Made by a program: the position numbers and the translations under genes. This document shows, piece after piece, positions 1 to 13,709 of a DNA stretch of 64,000 bases. Every line of letters starts with the position of its first letter. Within the stretch, counting starts at the first letter, position 1. This stretch comes from an uncultured Gemmatimonadaceae bacterium (GTDB taxonomy: Bacteria; Gemmatimonadota; Gemmatimonadetes; Gemmatimonadales; Gemmatimonadaceae), in contig CAWHHI010000012.1 of the NCBI GenBank assembly GCA_963829055.1, positions 96,001-160,000 on the forward strand, given 5' to 3'. The notes beneath the pieces were generated by a model. The model did not search any database, was not told the DNA's origin, and saw only the letters and a list, made by a program, of their open reading frames with translations.

Positions 1-2225
1 GAGCCCGATTCGCAGCTGACGGCGACCGGGACAGCGATCGGCACGCCCGCGTACATGTCACCCGAACAGATCGACGGCGTCGAGCTCGATGGGCGCAGCG
101 ATCTGTACAGTCTCGGACTGGTCGGGTGGGAGATGCTCACCGGCCGGCGCCCGTGGGATGGCGAAGGCCTGTACAGCGTCATCTACAAGCAGAAGCGAGA
201 GGAGCTCCCGCCGATCGACGAGATCAGACCGGACACGCCGGACCGGCTCATCTATCTCATCGAGGGCGCCACAAGGAAGGCCGCCGACGAACGTTGGAGC
301 GGTGCGGCGGAGTTGCTCGAGCGCGCATCGACCATCGCGCCGGAAGGCGGATGGTCGCGCTGGCACGCCGAGCGGCGGAAGCGCCGGCGCGGGATGGTGT
401 ACTCAGCCGCGCGCGAACGCGGCGACTCGGTGCTGTCAGCCGCTCTCGAAACGGTTCGCTTCCGGCGCGACGGCACCACGCCCACCCAGCAGGTCGCTAG
501 CGCACCGCCCGCTCCTCGAGAGCGGTTCGCTGGAGCGGATCCCGCCAAGGTCGAGATCCAGGCGGCTCGGCGCGCGGCGTTCGAGGAGGCCGTCGACGAT
601 CAGCCGCCGCGCCGCTCGGTCCTCCCCGTGTTCATCGTTGCGATGCTGGTGATCGCAGCGATTGGGGCCGGCGTGCGCCTGATGCGCGGCCGCGCTGATC
701 CGATCACCGAAAGTCGCTCGCCAGTCGCATTCTCGGACAACGGCGGTGTTGAGGTACCGGTGGGTGGAGTCGCGACGTCGAAGCCCCCCACGCCTAACGC
801 CATTGTAGGTCAGTCCCCGACTGTACCCGACTCCGCGCCTTCTGCCGCGGTGACTCCAAAGGATTCGAATGGGGTCGCGAGCAACAAACCGGCGCCTGCT
901 CCGAGCTCGGGGCTCGCACGCACGAGCGAACCGACGGCGACGCCAACGCGCCCGAGCCAGGATGGGCGGAAGGCCGCGACTGGTGGCGAAGTGTCGGCGT
1001 CGCCGACCACGACGGATCGCGGGAAGACCGCGCGCGCGGCCGAAGTTCCGCTGCCTCCGCCACCGGTGTTGCCACCAACGAGCCCCGCCACGTCTTCCGT
1101 CGCATCGCGAGGGGCGGCGCCGGTGACTGCCGTAGCGCCACCGAGTGTTGGCGCGGTCTCGTTTCCCGCGGAGCGAGCGACCGTTGCCGCTGGAGGACGA
1201 CACTCGTGCGAGTTGACCAGCTCGGGCTCCGCGTTATGCTGGGGCTCGAACGACCAGGGACAACTCGGCGACGGCACGCTCGACGATCGCACCGATCCCG
1301 CCGTCGTCGCCGGCGATCTTACGTTCGCGCAACTCAGTGCCGGCGCATCGCACACCTGCGGCGTGACGCGCGACGGCGACGCGTACTGTTGGGGCAACAA
1401 CGAGCGTGGCCAGCTCGGCGACGCCACCACATTGCAGCGGAATACGCCCGTACGCGTCGGCGCCGCCGGCCCGTTCAAGACGGTGCGCGCGGGGTTCGCA
1501 CACTCGTGTGCCCTGTCACGCGGTGGGGAAATCTCATGTTGGGGCTCGAACGCGTACGGCCAGCTCGGGACGGGGGTCGGCCTAACGAGCACACGGCCCG
1601 GGGCCGTCGCCGGTGGGCTCCGGTTCGGCGCCATGGCGGTCGGCTGGAATCACACGTGCGGCATTACGACCGCGGGCGACATGTACTGCTGGGGTGCGAA
1701 CAACGGTGGACAGATCGGCGATGGTACGCGTGACGACCGTCGGACTCCGACACGAATCGCCGCAGGTACCCGCTTCGTGGCGGTCGCTGCGGGAAACCAG
1801 CACACGTGCGCCGTCGCCACGACAGGAGACGTCTACTGCTGGGGGCGAAACAACTACGGGCAACTCGCGACGGGTGCCGGCGATCGCGCTCAGCCCAGCA
1901 AGATCGAGTCAGACGGTAACTTCTCGACGCTCACCGCCGGAGCCGTACACACGTGCGCGGTGACAACAGCCGGTCAGGTGTTCTGCTGGGGACGAAACAC
2001 GTTTGGGCAGTTAGGCGACGGTACGACAACGGATCGTCCGACACCCGTTCGCGTCGTTGGTCTTCCGGCGGTCGGTAGTCGTCCAGGCCAGCGGCGCACA
2101 TACGTGCGCCGCGACACCAGGCGGGCGACAGCTACTGTTGGGGCTACAATGTCGAAGGACAGCTGGGCGATGGAACGCGAAACCATCGATCGCGCCCAGT
2201 GCACGTCGCAGCTCCGTCACGCTAG
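1..2225 (+). CDS. Hanks-type Ser/Thr protein kinase with TM segment, Pro/Ala-rich linker and C-terminal RCC1/BLIP-II repeats (5' truncated by window; frameshifts near 2075-2125)
   Basis: GTPAYMSPEQ...DGRSDLYSLG kinase motifs; TM VLPVFIVAMLVIAAIGAG; repeated HTC...YCWG.N..GQLGDG units; reconstructed stop TAG 2223-2225. Confidence 0.85.
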
Positions 2226-2237
2226 CCCAGGCGCCGC

Positions 2238-4404
2238 ATGCTGCACTTCCCACTGCCGGTCCGATTGTCACGTACCGTGTCACGACTCCGCGCCGCCAGT
2301 GGGCTCGCCGCGTTGGCGGCCTCGCTCTCCTGCAGTACCGATACGCTCGACCCCAATCGTACGGCCGTCGCCTCGGTCGTGGTCGCTCCGAGCGAGCTGA
2401 GTGTCGGCGTCGGTTCGTCCGCGCCGCTCATCCGCGGAAGTACGCGACGCCGCGGGCGCACTACTCGCGGACCGAAAGGTCGTGTGGGCGACGAAGAACG
2501 TCACGATTGCCACCGTGTCTGGCTCGGGTGCGGTGACGGGCGTGAGTCCGGGGCCGGTCCAGATCGCCGCGACCGCCGAGGGCAAGAGCGCGCATCGTCG
2601 ATGTGACGGTGAATCCGAAGGCCGTCGCCACCGTGCGCCTAACGCCGAACGGCGACCAGCGACTTGCTGGTCGGTGAAACGAGGCAGATGACGGCCGAGA
2701 CCCTGGACTCACAGGGTGCGCCGCTACCGAGTCGTCCCGTCACGTGGTCGAGCAACTCCATCGGCGTCGCGTCGGTGAGTGCCAACGGACTGATCACGGC
2801 TGTCGCCTCGGGTGGCGCGGTCATCACGGCGTCCAGCGAAGGAAAGACGGCCGTCGTTGCGATCACCGTCTCGTCCGTGCCGGTGGCGACCGTGTCCGTG
2901 ACACCGCCGAGCGGTGAAGTCGTCGTCACGCAGACGCTGCAGCTGACCGCGAACCCCAAGGATGCACAAGGCGGCACACTCGTCGGACGATCCATCGCGT
3001 GGTCTACGAGTGACGCGACTCGTGCCACCGTGTCGTCAACGGGTCTCGTCACAGGCGTGGCTCCAGGCGCCGCCACGATCACGGCGTCGGCTGACGGCAA
3101 GTCAGGAACGTCGTCGATCACAGTCAAGCCGAAACCAGTCGGCGCCGTGATCGTGTCCCCGGGGCAAGTGAGCGTCGAAGCAGGCCAAACGCGTCAGCTC
3201 ACGGCACAGGTGACGGACGATCAGGGCAACGTGCTCAGTGGAAGGCCAATCACATACTCCAGCGACAACCCCGCTATCGCGACGGTTTCGGCGGCCGGCG
3301 TCGTGACGGGTGTGGCAATCGGCTCGGCGAAGATCACGGCCACGAGCGAGGGAAAAACGGGCACCGCCGATGTCAGCGTGACAGCGGTTCCGGTCGCGAC
3401 AGTCGAAGTGTCGCCACCGTCGGCGGATCTCACCGTCGGCCAGACCCGACAGTTGGCCGCAATCGCGAAGGACGGGCGCGGCACGGTGCTCGGCGGCCGA
3501 ACCGTCGTCTGGTCGTCGGGCGCGCCGTCGGTCGCCACCGTATCGGGAACAGGCGTGGTGACCGGGGTTGGCGCGGGGAGTGCCGTTGTTTTCGCGACCA
3601 TCGAAGGGCGACACTGGTTCGGCGACGATCAACGTTAGGCAGGTCGCCGTCACGAGCGTGGCCGTGGCGCCGGCGTCGAGCAACATCGCCGTCGGTGCTG
3701 CCGTGCAACTCGCCGCCACCGTGCGCTCCGGCACGACCGTCCTCACCGATCGAGGCGTCGGCTGGAGCTCGAGCAATGATGCGGTCGCGGTGGTATCGAG
3801 CACGGGCCGCGTGACCGGTCTCAAGGCAGGCGTGGTGACGATCACCGCGACGAGCGACGGCGTCGTCGGCACGGCCGTCGTATCGGTCGGTATCGCGAGC
3901 GTCGTAGTCACGCCCTCGCCGACTACGGTCGGCGTCGGCCAGACACGACAGCTCACCGCCTCGGCGCGCGACGCGGCGAACGGCGCTGTGGCGGGCGTCT
4001 CCTTCCAGTGGTCGTCGCCCGCGACGCAGACCGCGACCGTCGATGCCTCGGGTTTGGTGACCGGTCGCGCGGCGGGCACCGTCAGCATCGCAGCGTCCGT
4101 AGGCTCGGTATCCGGATCGGCCGCGGTGACCGTGGCGCCGCCGCCCGTGGCATGCAGTCACCGTAGCACCGCCAGCACCTAACGTGAAAGCCGGCCAGAG
4201 CGTTCAGCTCACGGCAACGCTCAAGGACGCCAACAACAACGTGCTCACCGACCGCACCGTTGCGTGGAGTTCCAGCAACCCCGCTGCGCGCGACTGTGAA
4301 CGCGCAGGGGCTCGTGACGACATCACTGGTGAACAAAGGAACCGGTAACGATCACCGCGACGTCCGAAGGCAAGAGCGGCTCGTCGGTCGTCACCGTCCA
4401 GTAG
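2238..4404 (+). CDS. Lipoprotein with about 8 tandem bacterial Ig-like (Big_2) domains, frameshifted
   Basis: Signal/lipobox ...LAASLSC; repeated V.V.P...L.VG.T.QL.A...D..G..L..R...WSS....ATVS..G.VT...G...ITA..EGK units across ORFs 2238-2606, 2664-3638, 3568-4182. Confidence 0.85.
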
Positions 4405-4413
4405 GCGCCGCTC

Positions 4414-5586
4414 ATGAAACGATTCATTCGGTCGACGCTTTTCGCAGCCGCTCGCCGGGCTTGTCCTTCTCCTGTCGGGAGCGCTCGCCAGGTCCACTGA
4501 CGCGCAGCAGCTCGCCGCGAAACGCGCGCTGTCCGCGGCGAGCACCTTGCCCTGTGCCGCGCCGACGGCAGGCGTCGCCGCGACGCGCAACGACTCGCCA
4601 GACGTTAGGCGGCTCATGGCGCTCGGCCACGAGGCGGCGATCGTCGGCGATCACCGACAGGCGCGCGACGTGTTCGTCGACGCCGCCCGGCTCAGCCCCG
4701 GCGACGAGCGGATCGCGTACCAACTCGGACGCGCGTACGAGGAGCTCGGCGAACAGCCTAACGCGGTTCGAGAATACTGTCGCTTCCTGGCCCTGGCGCC
4801 ACAGGCCAGCGACGCGCCCGACGTGCGGACGCGGATCACTCGCGCTCGTCGCTCGCACCGCCTGGCGCGACTCGCGGCCAGCGACCCGGTCGGCACGGCG
4901 TTTCGGCACGGCGTCGCGACACCTCGATCGAGCGTCAGTGGCGCGAGGCCGCCGATGCGTTCGACTCGCGTCATCCAGTCACTCCCCCGTGCGGCGGAAG
5001 CGTACTACGATCGGGGACTCGCGCTCGCGGCGCTCGCAGGAGCGCGACGCCGCCGTGCGAGACTTCGAGCAGTATCTGGCGTTTCGTCCGGGCGCCGAGG
5101 ACCAGGCGCAGGTGCGCGCACAGATCGATGCGCTGCGTCGGCCGACGTGGAGCACGAGCACGGCGCTCCTCACGGGGCTCGTCGTTGCCAGGACTCGGAC
5201 AGGTCTACACGTCGCGTCCGTGGATCGGCCTCGGCGTCGCGGCGGTTGCCGGGACGTCGCTCTACCTCGCGCTGCTATCGAAGGAGGAACAGGAGATTCG
5301 CGAGTTCCCGTTCCCTCCCGGATTTCCCGAGCCGACCTACACGGACACGATCACGGTGACGAAGCACCCGTACTACGCGGCCGGGATCGCCGTCTTCGCG
5401 ACGCTCACGATAGGCGCCGCGTTCGAGGCCGCTCGTTACGCACGGCGGTCTCGCGATGCGCCGGTGCGTCACCAACGGGCGGCCGCCCGCCGCACGCGTT
5501 GGCGCGGTGGAGCTGTTTTCACCGGACGTCATCCCGACGCGGCGCGGGCTCGCGCTTCGCATGTCCGGACGCGTATCGCTGCGTAG
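4414..5586 (+). CDS. Secreted/membrane TPR-repeat protein, frameshifted
   Basis: TPR-like helices (ERIAYQLGRAYEELGEQPNAVREYCRFLALAP; AEAYYDRGLAL; AVRDFEQYLAFRP) followed by LPGLGQVY and hydrophobic segments. Confidence 0.7.
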
Positions 5587-5748
5587 GCACACGCCCCGGT
5601 ACGTACGCGGTTGCGACTCCGTCCAATGGCCGCATCCACCTGACACGGAGGTCAGCCGAGTCTAGGTTTCGTATCTGCACTCTGTTACGTATGTCGATGC
5701 GTATGTGAAGTGCGCGCACGTTGCCGGTCAGCGTACGTACGCGTTTTG

Positions 5749-6717
5749 ATGATCGTTCACACTAGGCTCGCCGCTGTTGCCTCGGGCGCTGCCGCCGCTC
5801 GGGCAGCATCGGCTCCCGCCGCCAATCATCGACTTCGGGTGGAGGAATACCAAACCATCTTGCATGGCGTCCGGCGCGGCGATCGCTTTGATCGTCGGCT
5901 CTCGCAGTCGTCGACTGCCGTCATTCGCCGCCGCCGTCGCGCGCGAGCGCTGCAGGCGCCGCTGCCATTGATTCCCTTCTCCACCGGCTTCGGGCATGTT
6001 CGGGCCGCCGAGGCCGGATCGGCACGCTGCGGCCCCCCGCCCGATCACCGTATGCGATCGTCGCGAACGCGCCGACACCAGCGTGGACATCCGCACAGTG
6101 CCGAATGCAGGACGCAGCAGAACGCCGGACGCTCCCCGTACGCGCCGCCGCACCAGGCACCGCCTGTAGCCGGGAGGCGCGGCGAGCGTGATGTCGGCGC
6201 GCCGACAGCAGCGCGCTGGCCGAGCACGGCGCGCCTAACGAGATGGTCTCCGGGGCCGCCGTCGATGGCGCATCGGTGCGCTACTGGCGCCCGGCCGATG
6301 GCACGTTGCAATTCCTGCCCGGGCCGACTCGAGGTGATCGCCGGTCGCGACGCGGGCCAGGAGATCCGATTCGTCCGCACGCCGGGCCCTGATGGCACGC
6401 GGTGACGTTCGGGCGGGCCGAGGGCGCGCCGTATCGTCACGTGCAGCTGCGAGAGCCCACGGTCAGCCGCACGCATGCCTGCATGACGTTGGACGTCAGG
6501 ACACCGGCGCGGACTGGAGGGCCGGACGAGGTCGGTCCAACGGCGACTCCGCAGCGCCGCGCTGGCGGCTCGAGAATCTCTCGGCGACGAATCCGGTTGT
6601 GGTGAACGGGAGTCCGCTGGCGGCGGATGAGAGTCCGAGCGTCGTTCGGCGGTGCTCGAGCGAGGGCGATCGGATCGAGATGGGCGAGGTCGTGTTCCGC
6701 TTTCATGAGAACGATAG
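5749..6717 (+). CDS. Membrane-anchored FHA-domain protein, frameshifted; ends approximate
   Basis: PGRLEVIAGRDAG, TFGR...EPTVSRTHA, WRLENLSATNPVVVNG, GDRIEMGEVVFRF FHA motifs. Confidence 0.7.
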
Positions 6718-6755
6718 CGGAGCGACCGACGGCGCGTTGAGTGAAGGCGGGCATG

Positions 6756-6793
6756 GAAAGCCCCGGCGACTCGTGTGGAGTGCCGGGGCTTTC
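6756..6793. terminator. Bidirectional intrinsic terminator between FHA gene and 16S 3' trailer
   Basis: GAAAGCCCCGGC...GCCGGGGCTTTC inverted repeat. Confidence 0.75.
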
Positions 6794-6892
6794 TCTGTAT
6801 GCCTAACAATCGAATGTGACTCGTGGATGGCGCGACACGTGAGCGGTTTTCAGCGGTTGGCGCGAGCCGTCCTGCGTACTCGCCTGCTCCGT

Positions 6893-8443
<1,551 letters not shown>

Positions 8444-8588
8444 AATTCGATAGCTCCTCGAACGCGGTCTTCTCGAAACGCAGTCTCAATAGACCACGTC
8501 CGGAATCAATTGATCGTGATTTGATCTCTCACTGCGGCACACGAACACCGCAGCTCAACGAGAGCCATCGCACGAATGTCACACTCGA

Positions 8589-8660
8589 TTGTCAAACAGC
8601 AACTTGCGTCCCCCAAGTTTCCGGGGAACGCTAAATATAACCGACAGTTTGCGCGTGCAA
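8589..8660 (-). promoter_or_regulatory. Putative rRNA promoter (TTGCAC-N15-TATATT) and boxA-like element (TGCTGTTTGACAA)
   Basis: -35 at 8660-8655, -10 at 8639-8634, boxA-like at about 8601-8589 in the 16S leader. Confidence 0.6.
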
Positions 8661-8772
8661 GGGGGCAAGTTCACCGCTCGCCACGCTGCAATCGCTCCCT
8701 CACGAATCGTCGCGCATCCCTAACGCGAGCAGCTCGACCAGCGCTCAGCCGCCGAGCGCGACAAACGCTGCC

Positions 8773-9139
8773 TCATTCCTCGCGACGCGGATGACCAGGA
8801 CGCGGACGGTCCTCATCATCCTCATCGTACTCATCATCGAGATCGACGAGATCGTCGTCGAGTTCCTCGAAGTCCTCCTCGTCCTCATCGAGGTCTTCGT
8901 CGTCCTCGTCTTCGTCCTCATCGTCGTCGTCCTCGTCGTCGAGATCGTCGTCCTCGTCATCCTCATCGAGGTCATCGTCCGTCCTCGTCGTCGAACTCGT
9001 CGTCCTCATCGAGATCGTCGTCGTCGAACCCGTCATCCTCATCGTCGTCGTCGAGATCGTCGTCGTCGCGCCTCGGGGATAGCGCACCGGCCGTGAGCTG
9101 CTCCTCATCGGCCTCCGACGAGTCGAGCCAGTCCAACAT
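8773..9139 (-). CDS. Small hyper-acidic (Asp/Glu) low-complexity protein, about 120 aa, one frameshift
   Basis: AGGAG RBS then ATG 9139: MLDWLDSSEADEEQL...DDDDLDDDDEDD...DEYDEDDEDRPRPGHPRREE*. Confidence 0.6.
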
Positions 9140-9163
9140 TGTACAGGTCTCCTGGAGGAAGTT

Positions 9164-11051
9164 TTACAGCGAAGCGCGCTCTCGCTCGCGCTTCGCTTCC
9201 CGCGACAGCTTCTTCCGATCGTTCGCACTGAGGAATCGCTTCCGAAGACCGAATCGCTCCGGGCGTCACCTCGATCAGCTCATCGTCCTCGATATACTCC
9301 AAGGCGCCTTCGAGCGTCAACTCCCGCGGCGGCTCGAGCTGCACGTTCTCATCGCTCGCCTTCGAGCGCATGTTCGTCAGCTTCTTCTCCTTCGTCGGGT
9401 TGACGTCCATGTCGCCCGGACGCGAGTTCTCACCGACGATCATGCCTTCGTACACCGTGTCACCAGGTGACACGAACAGTGTCGATCGCTCCTGCAAGTT
9501 CGCGAGAGCGAATGCGACAATCGTGCCCGCCTCCATTGACACCAACGTCCCGCGCGTCCGGCCCGCAAGCGGACCCGCCCACGGCCCGTAGTCGAGAAAC
9601 CGGTGATGAATCACGCCGGTCCCACGCGTGTCCGTCAAGAACTCACTGCGATAGCCGAACAATCCGCGCGCCGGAATGCGGTAGCGCAGACGCACCATCC
9701 CCTGCCCCGGATTCTTCATCTCCAGCATCTCGGCGCGACGCGGCCCGAGCTTCTCGATGACGGCGCCCAGGAATGCCTTCGGGCACATCGATCATCAGCT
9801 CTTCGTACGGCTCGAGTCGTTCACCATTCGCGACCCACGCGCGTGATGACGCGCGGTCGCGACACCTGAAACTCGTAGCCCTCGCGACGCATGGTCTCCA
9901 TGAGAATGGAGAGATGCAGCTCGCCGCGTCCGGACACGGTCCACGAATCGGTCGAATCCGTATCCTCGACGCGCAGCGCGACGTTGCGCTCGAGCTCTCG
10001 GTACAATCGCTCTCGCACCTGACGCGACGTCACGAACTTCCCGTCGCTTCCCGGCGAACGGCGAGTTGTTCACGAGAAAGTCCACCGAGATCGTCGGCTC
10101 CTCGACGGCAATGCCTTCGAGGCGATCCGGATGATCGACGTCGGTGATCGTCAGTCCGATCTCGACATCTTCGAGGCCGGCAAGCGCGACGATCTCGCCA
10201 GCGCGCGCCTGTCTCGATCTCGATTCGATCGAGTCCTTCGAACATGTACAACTTCGTTACGCGCGATCGCTCGACTGACCGCGAGTCGAGTGCAGTACCA
10301 GCGGCGACGATCGCCGGCTCGGCTCCTTCGATCGGAAGCAGTGCAACCGTATCGCCGACGCGAACCGTGCCGCGCTCGATGACGACCGATGCCCAGGCGA
10401 CCGAGATACGGCGAATGATCGATGGTCGAAATCAGCATCTGGAACGGCGCGCCGCCATCGCTCGGTGGCGCCGGGACGTGCCGCACGATCGCTTCGAACA
10501 GCGGCGTGAGGTCCGTCGGAGGGACGTTCATGTCGTTCGTCGCGACGCCCTCGCGCGCCGACGCGTAGATGAATGGCGCATCGAGCTGCGACGAATCGGC
10601 CTCGAGCTCGAGCAGCAAGCTCGAGCACCTCGTCGTGCACACGAAGCGGATCGGCACCAGGTCGATCGATCTTGTTGATGACGACGATGGGCGTGCGGCC
10701 TAACGCGAGCGCCTTGCTCAGCACGAAGCGCGTCTGCGGCATGGGACCGTCGAACGCATCGACGACGAGCAGCACGCCATCGACCATGCGCAGGATGCGC
10801 TCGACCTCACCGCCGAAATCGGCGTGGCCGGGTGTATCGACGATGTTGATCTTGGTGCCGCGCCACCGAATGGCGGTGTTCTTGGCGAGGATCGTTATCC
10901 CCCGCTCGCGCTCGAGCGGGTTCGAATCCATCACGCGCTCCTGAACGACCTGATTGTCGCGGAACGCACCGGCCTGGCGGAGCATTTTGTCCACCAGCGT
11001 CGTCTTCCCGTGGTCGACGTGCGCGATGATGGCAATGTTGCGAATCTGCAT
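9164..11051 (-). CDS. typA: Translational GTPase TypA/BipA (frameshifted)
   Basis: [61 protein letters not shown]. Confidence 0.97.
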
Positions 11052-11160
11052 AGCCTGCATAGCCTGTAAGTATAGCAATCTCACCGGAATGCATTCAAGC
11101 GCTTGCATGGTTTCGGAGTTTTCGTCACCGTACGCGCGTCACGCTATCCGGAGGTGTCAC

Positions 11161-11370
11161 ATGCAGCAGTCGCAGGAGCCCACGGAACCGGGCTATCCCC
11201 ACGGGCGCGGATACGGCCACGACTACATGCGTGGCGGTGAGGTCCTCGGAGGCTACGGCTACAGCGCCCGGGCCGAGTACGAAACACCTCGCGGGGAACT
11301 CCTGACTACAGGGGAGCACGAGCACGTGGGCCCGTCGGACGAGCTGTCGACCAACTCAGCTGGTCCGTAA
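11161..11370 (+). CDS. Small hypothetical Gly/Tyr-rich protein (69 aa)
   Basis: GGAGG RBS before ATG 11161; followed by a terminator hairpin. Confidence 0.5.
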   Translation: MQQSQEPTEPGYPHGRGYGHDYMRGGEVLGGYGYSARAEYETPRGELLTTGEHEHVGPSDELSTNSAGP

Positions 11371-11391
11371 CCACCCTCCGTCACCAATGAC

Positions 11392-11428
11392 GAACGGCGC
11401 CCGAGGCAATCCGCGGGCGCCGTTTTCC
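11392..11428 (+). terminator. Intrinsic terminator
   Basis: GAACGGCGCCCG...CGGGCGCCGTTTT. Confidence 0.65.
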
Positions 11429-11454
11429 ATTCGACCGCTGGTCCGTGACCGACG

Positions 11455-13081
11455 TCAGCGTTTCGTCGCGTAGCCCGGCCGAGGCGGACGCGTCTTCGTG
11501 TCGACGCCGTTATCGGGCTTCGGTGACTGCGCCGCCGCACTCTCGCCATCGACGAACGACGTGTCGTGCCCGCGCGAGCGGAGCGCCTGCGAGAAACCCG
11601 ATCTTGTCGGTCGCCTTCATGTACGCCTCCTTCGGCTCGACCTGACCGGCGTCGACGAGCTCGATCAGCGCGTCGTTGAGCGTGCACATTCCGGCACGCC
11701 GCGACGTCTGCATGACCGAGGTGATCTGGAACGTCTTCGCTTCGCGAATGAGGTTCGAGATCGCGATTCGTCGACAGCAGGATCTCGCGCGCCGCGACGC
11801 GACCACCGCCGATCTTCTTGCAGAGCACCTGCGAGATCACGCCCTTGAGCGACTCCGAGAGCATCACGCGGATCTGCTCCTGGCGATCGGCCGGGAACTG
11901 ATCGACGAGCCGGTCGATGGTGCTCGGGGCCGTCGTCGTGTGCAGCGTGCCGAACACCAGGTGTCCGGTCTCCGCCGTCTCGATGGCGATCGATGCCGTC
12001 TCGAGATCGCGCAGCTCGCCGACCAGCACAATGTCGGGGTCTTCTCGAAGCGCCGCGCGGAGCGCGTGCTTGAACGACCCGGTGTGAACACCCACCTGAC
12101 GCTGCGTGATCACGCACTTCTTGTTCTGATGGACGAACTCGATCGGGTCTTCGATCGTGATGACGTGATCGGTGCGCGTCCGGTTGATCAGGTCGATCAG
12201 CGCGCACAGCGTCGTCGATTTGCCCGAGCCCGGTCGGCCCAGTGACCAGCACGAGGCCCTTTGGTCAGCTGGCAGAGCGCCTGCACTTCGCTCGAGATCC
12301 CAAGCTCTTCGGCCGAGACGACCTTCGCCGGAATGACGCGAAGCACGGCGCCCGCACCCTTCCGCTCGCGAAACACGTTCGCGCGGAAGCGGGCGAGCCC
12401 CGGAATCTCGTACGCGAAGTCGGTGTCGTTCGTCTCCGCGTACTCGGTCCGATTCCGCTCCGGCATGATCGACGTTGCAGCATGCGCATGAGCGTCGGAT
12501 CGTCGAGCGGTGGCTCGTCGTCGAGCCGCACCATCTCGCCGTGCCGGCGAAGAATCGGCGGCTCGCCGCACCGAAGGTGCAGATCCGACCCGCCCTGCTC
12601 CACGAGCTGTCGGAGCAGGTTGTCGATCGCCACACGCGCGGTGTGATCCTCGCCCACCTGCAATCGCTCGTCGCGGCCGGGCGGCGGCGGAACGACACGG
12701 GCCGCCGCCATCGATGGAGTCGGGCGGCCTGCACCGCCGGCGCGGTGATCGCCGGCGTCGGTGCGCCGGCGTTCCGCCGTTCACACCCGCGTGATCGCGG
12801 CCATCCACTTGCCGCTCTCGTTCGACGCACGGGCGTTGAACACGCCGTCGCCACTCCGATACTGGAACTCCGCGGGCGCTCCTTCGTCGAGACGGCGCAG
12901 CGCATCCGGCGGCGCGATCTCGCGCAGCAGTCCGAGCAGCTGCGTGGCCCCAAGCGCCTGCTTGGTCAACGGGAACGGTGGCGCCGTCCTTCACGAGCGA
13001 CGCGAGCTCGTTCTCGACGAGGCGAAGCGCCTCGGCGCGGTTGCTCACCATGACGGAGAGCAGTCGGTCCAACTGTGGCAT
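11455..13081 (-). CDS. pilT: Type IV pilus retraction ATPase PilT/PilU family with extra N-terminal domain (frameshifted)
   Basis: [60 protein letters not shown]. Confidence 0.9.
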
Positions 13082-13090
13082 TAGGCTCCG

Positions 13091-13566
13091 TCAGTCGAGC
13101 GGACGAACGCGCTCGATGAACTTCGGTTCAGCAGGACAGTACCGCGCGCGGTGTACAGCAGCAGAAATCGCTCACCGACGCGATTGAGATAGTCGAGCAC
13201 ACGCGTGCGCCCGCTGAGCGATTCGAGGTACACGTTGCCCGGTGTGCACTGCTGCCACCGGTGAGCACGACCTCGATCGTGGCCGGTGCGCCGATCTGCC
13301 ATTCATCGGCCGGCATCGGATCGCGGCTTTCGAGCTCACGCACTCGATCCTTCGCGACGAGGAACAGCGTCACCGTCGCTCGTGAGCATCGGGAAAAACG
13401 GCTCGGCGGAGTTCAGAATGTCGGCGGCTTCTTCGCGACCGTACCGGTTTCGCGGACTCGCCTGCACGAACAGCTCACCAGCGATCCGTTCGCCGCCGAC
13501 CGTGACGAGCACGGCCGCAAGTCGGTCTTTCTGAATGCGGTAGTCGTTGTTGTTCATCGTCCCCAT
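13091..13566 (-). CDS. Hypothetical protein with two similar beta-rich repeats, upstream of pilT (frameshifted)
   Basis: GERIAGELFV...ADILNSAEPFFPM and GNVYLESLSGRTRVLDYLNRVGERFLLL. Confidence 0.5.
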
Positions 13567-13709
13567 TGGCCGCCGTGCTCCATCGGCTAACGGATGAGGA
13601 CGCGCCACGGCCAAGTCTGGTCACCCGCGGTGGCTTACGCGTGTCACGCCGGCGAAGCGTCGGAGAGCGTCACAGCCATCAGCTGCTCAGCTCGCGCGTG
13701 CTCGACGCC

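Noticed and set aside
8791..9096. Very hydrophobic Val/Leu/Ile ORF on the + strand
   Set aside because: It is the antisense shadow of the Asp/Glu codons; the minus-strand ORF has the RBS and operon context.
11046..11066. CTGCATAGC tandem duplication at the typA start (MQAMQ)
   Set aside because: Only about 2.3 copies; affects start-codon choice only.
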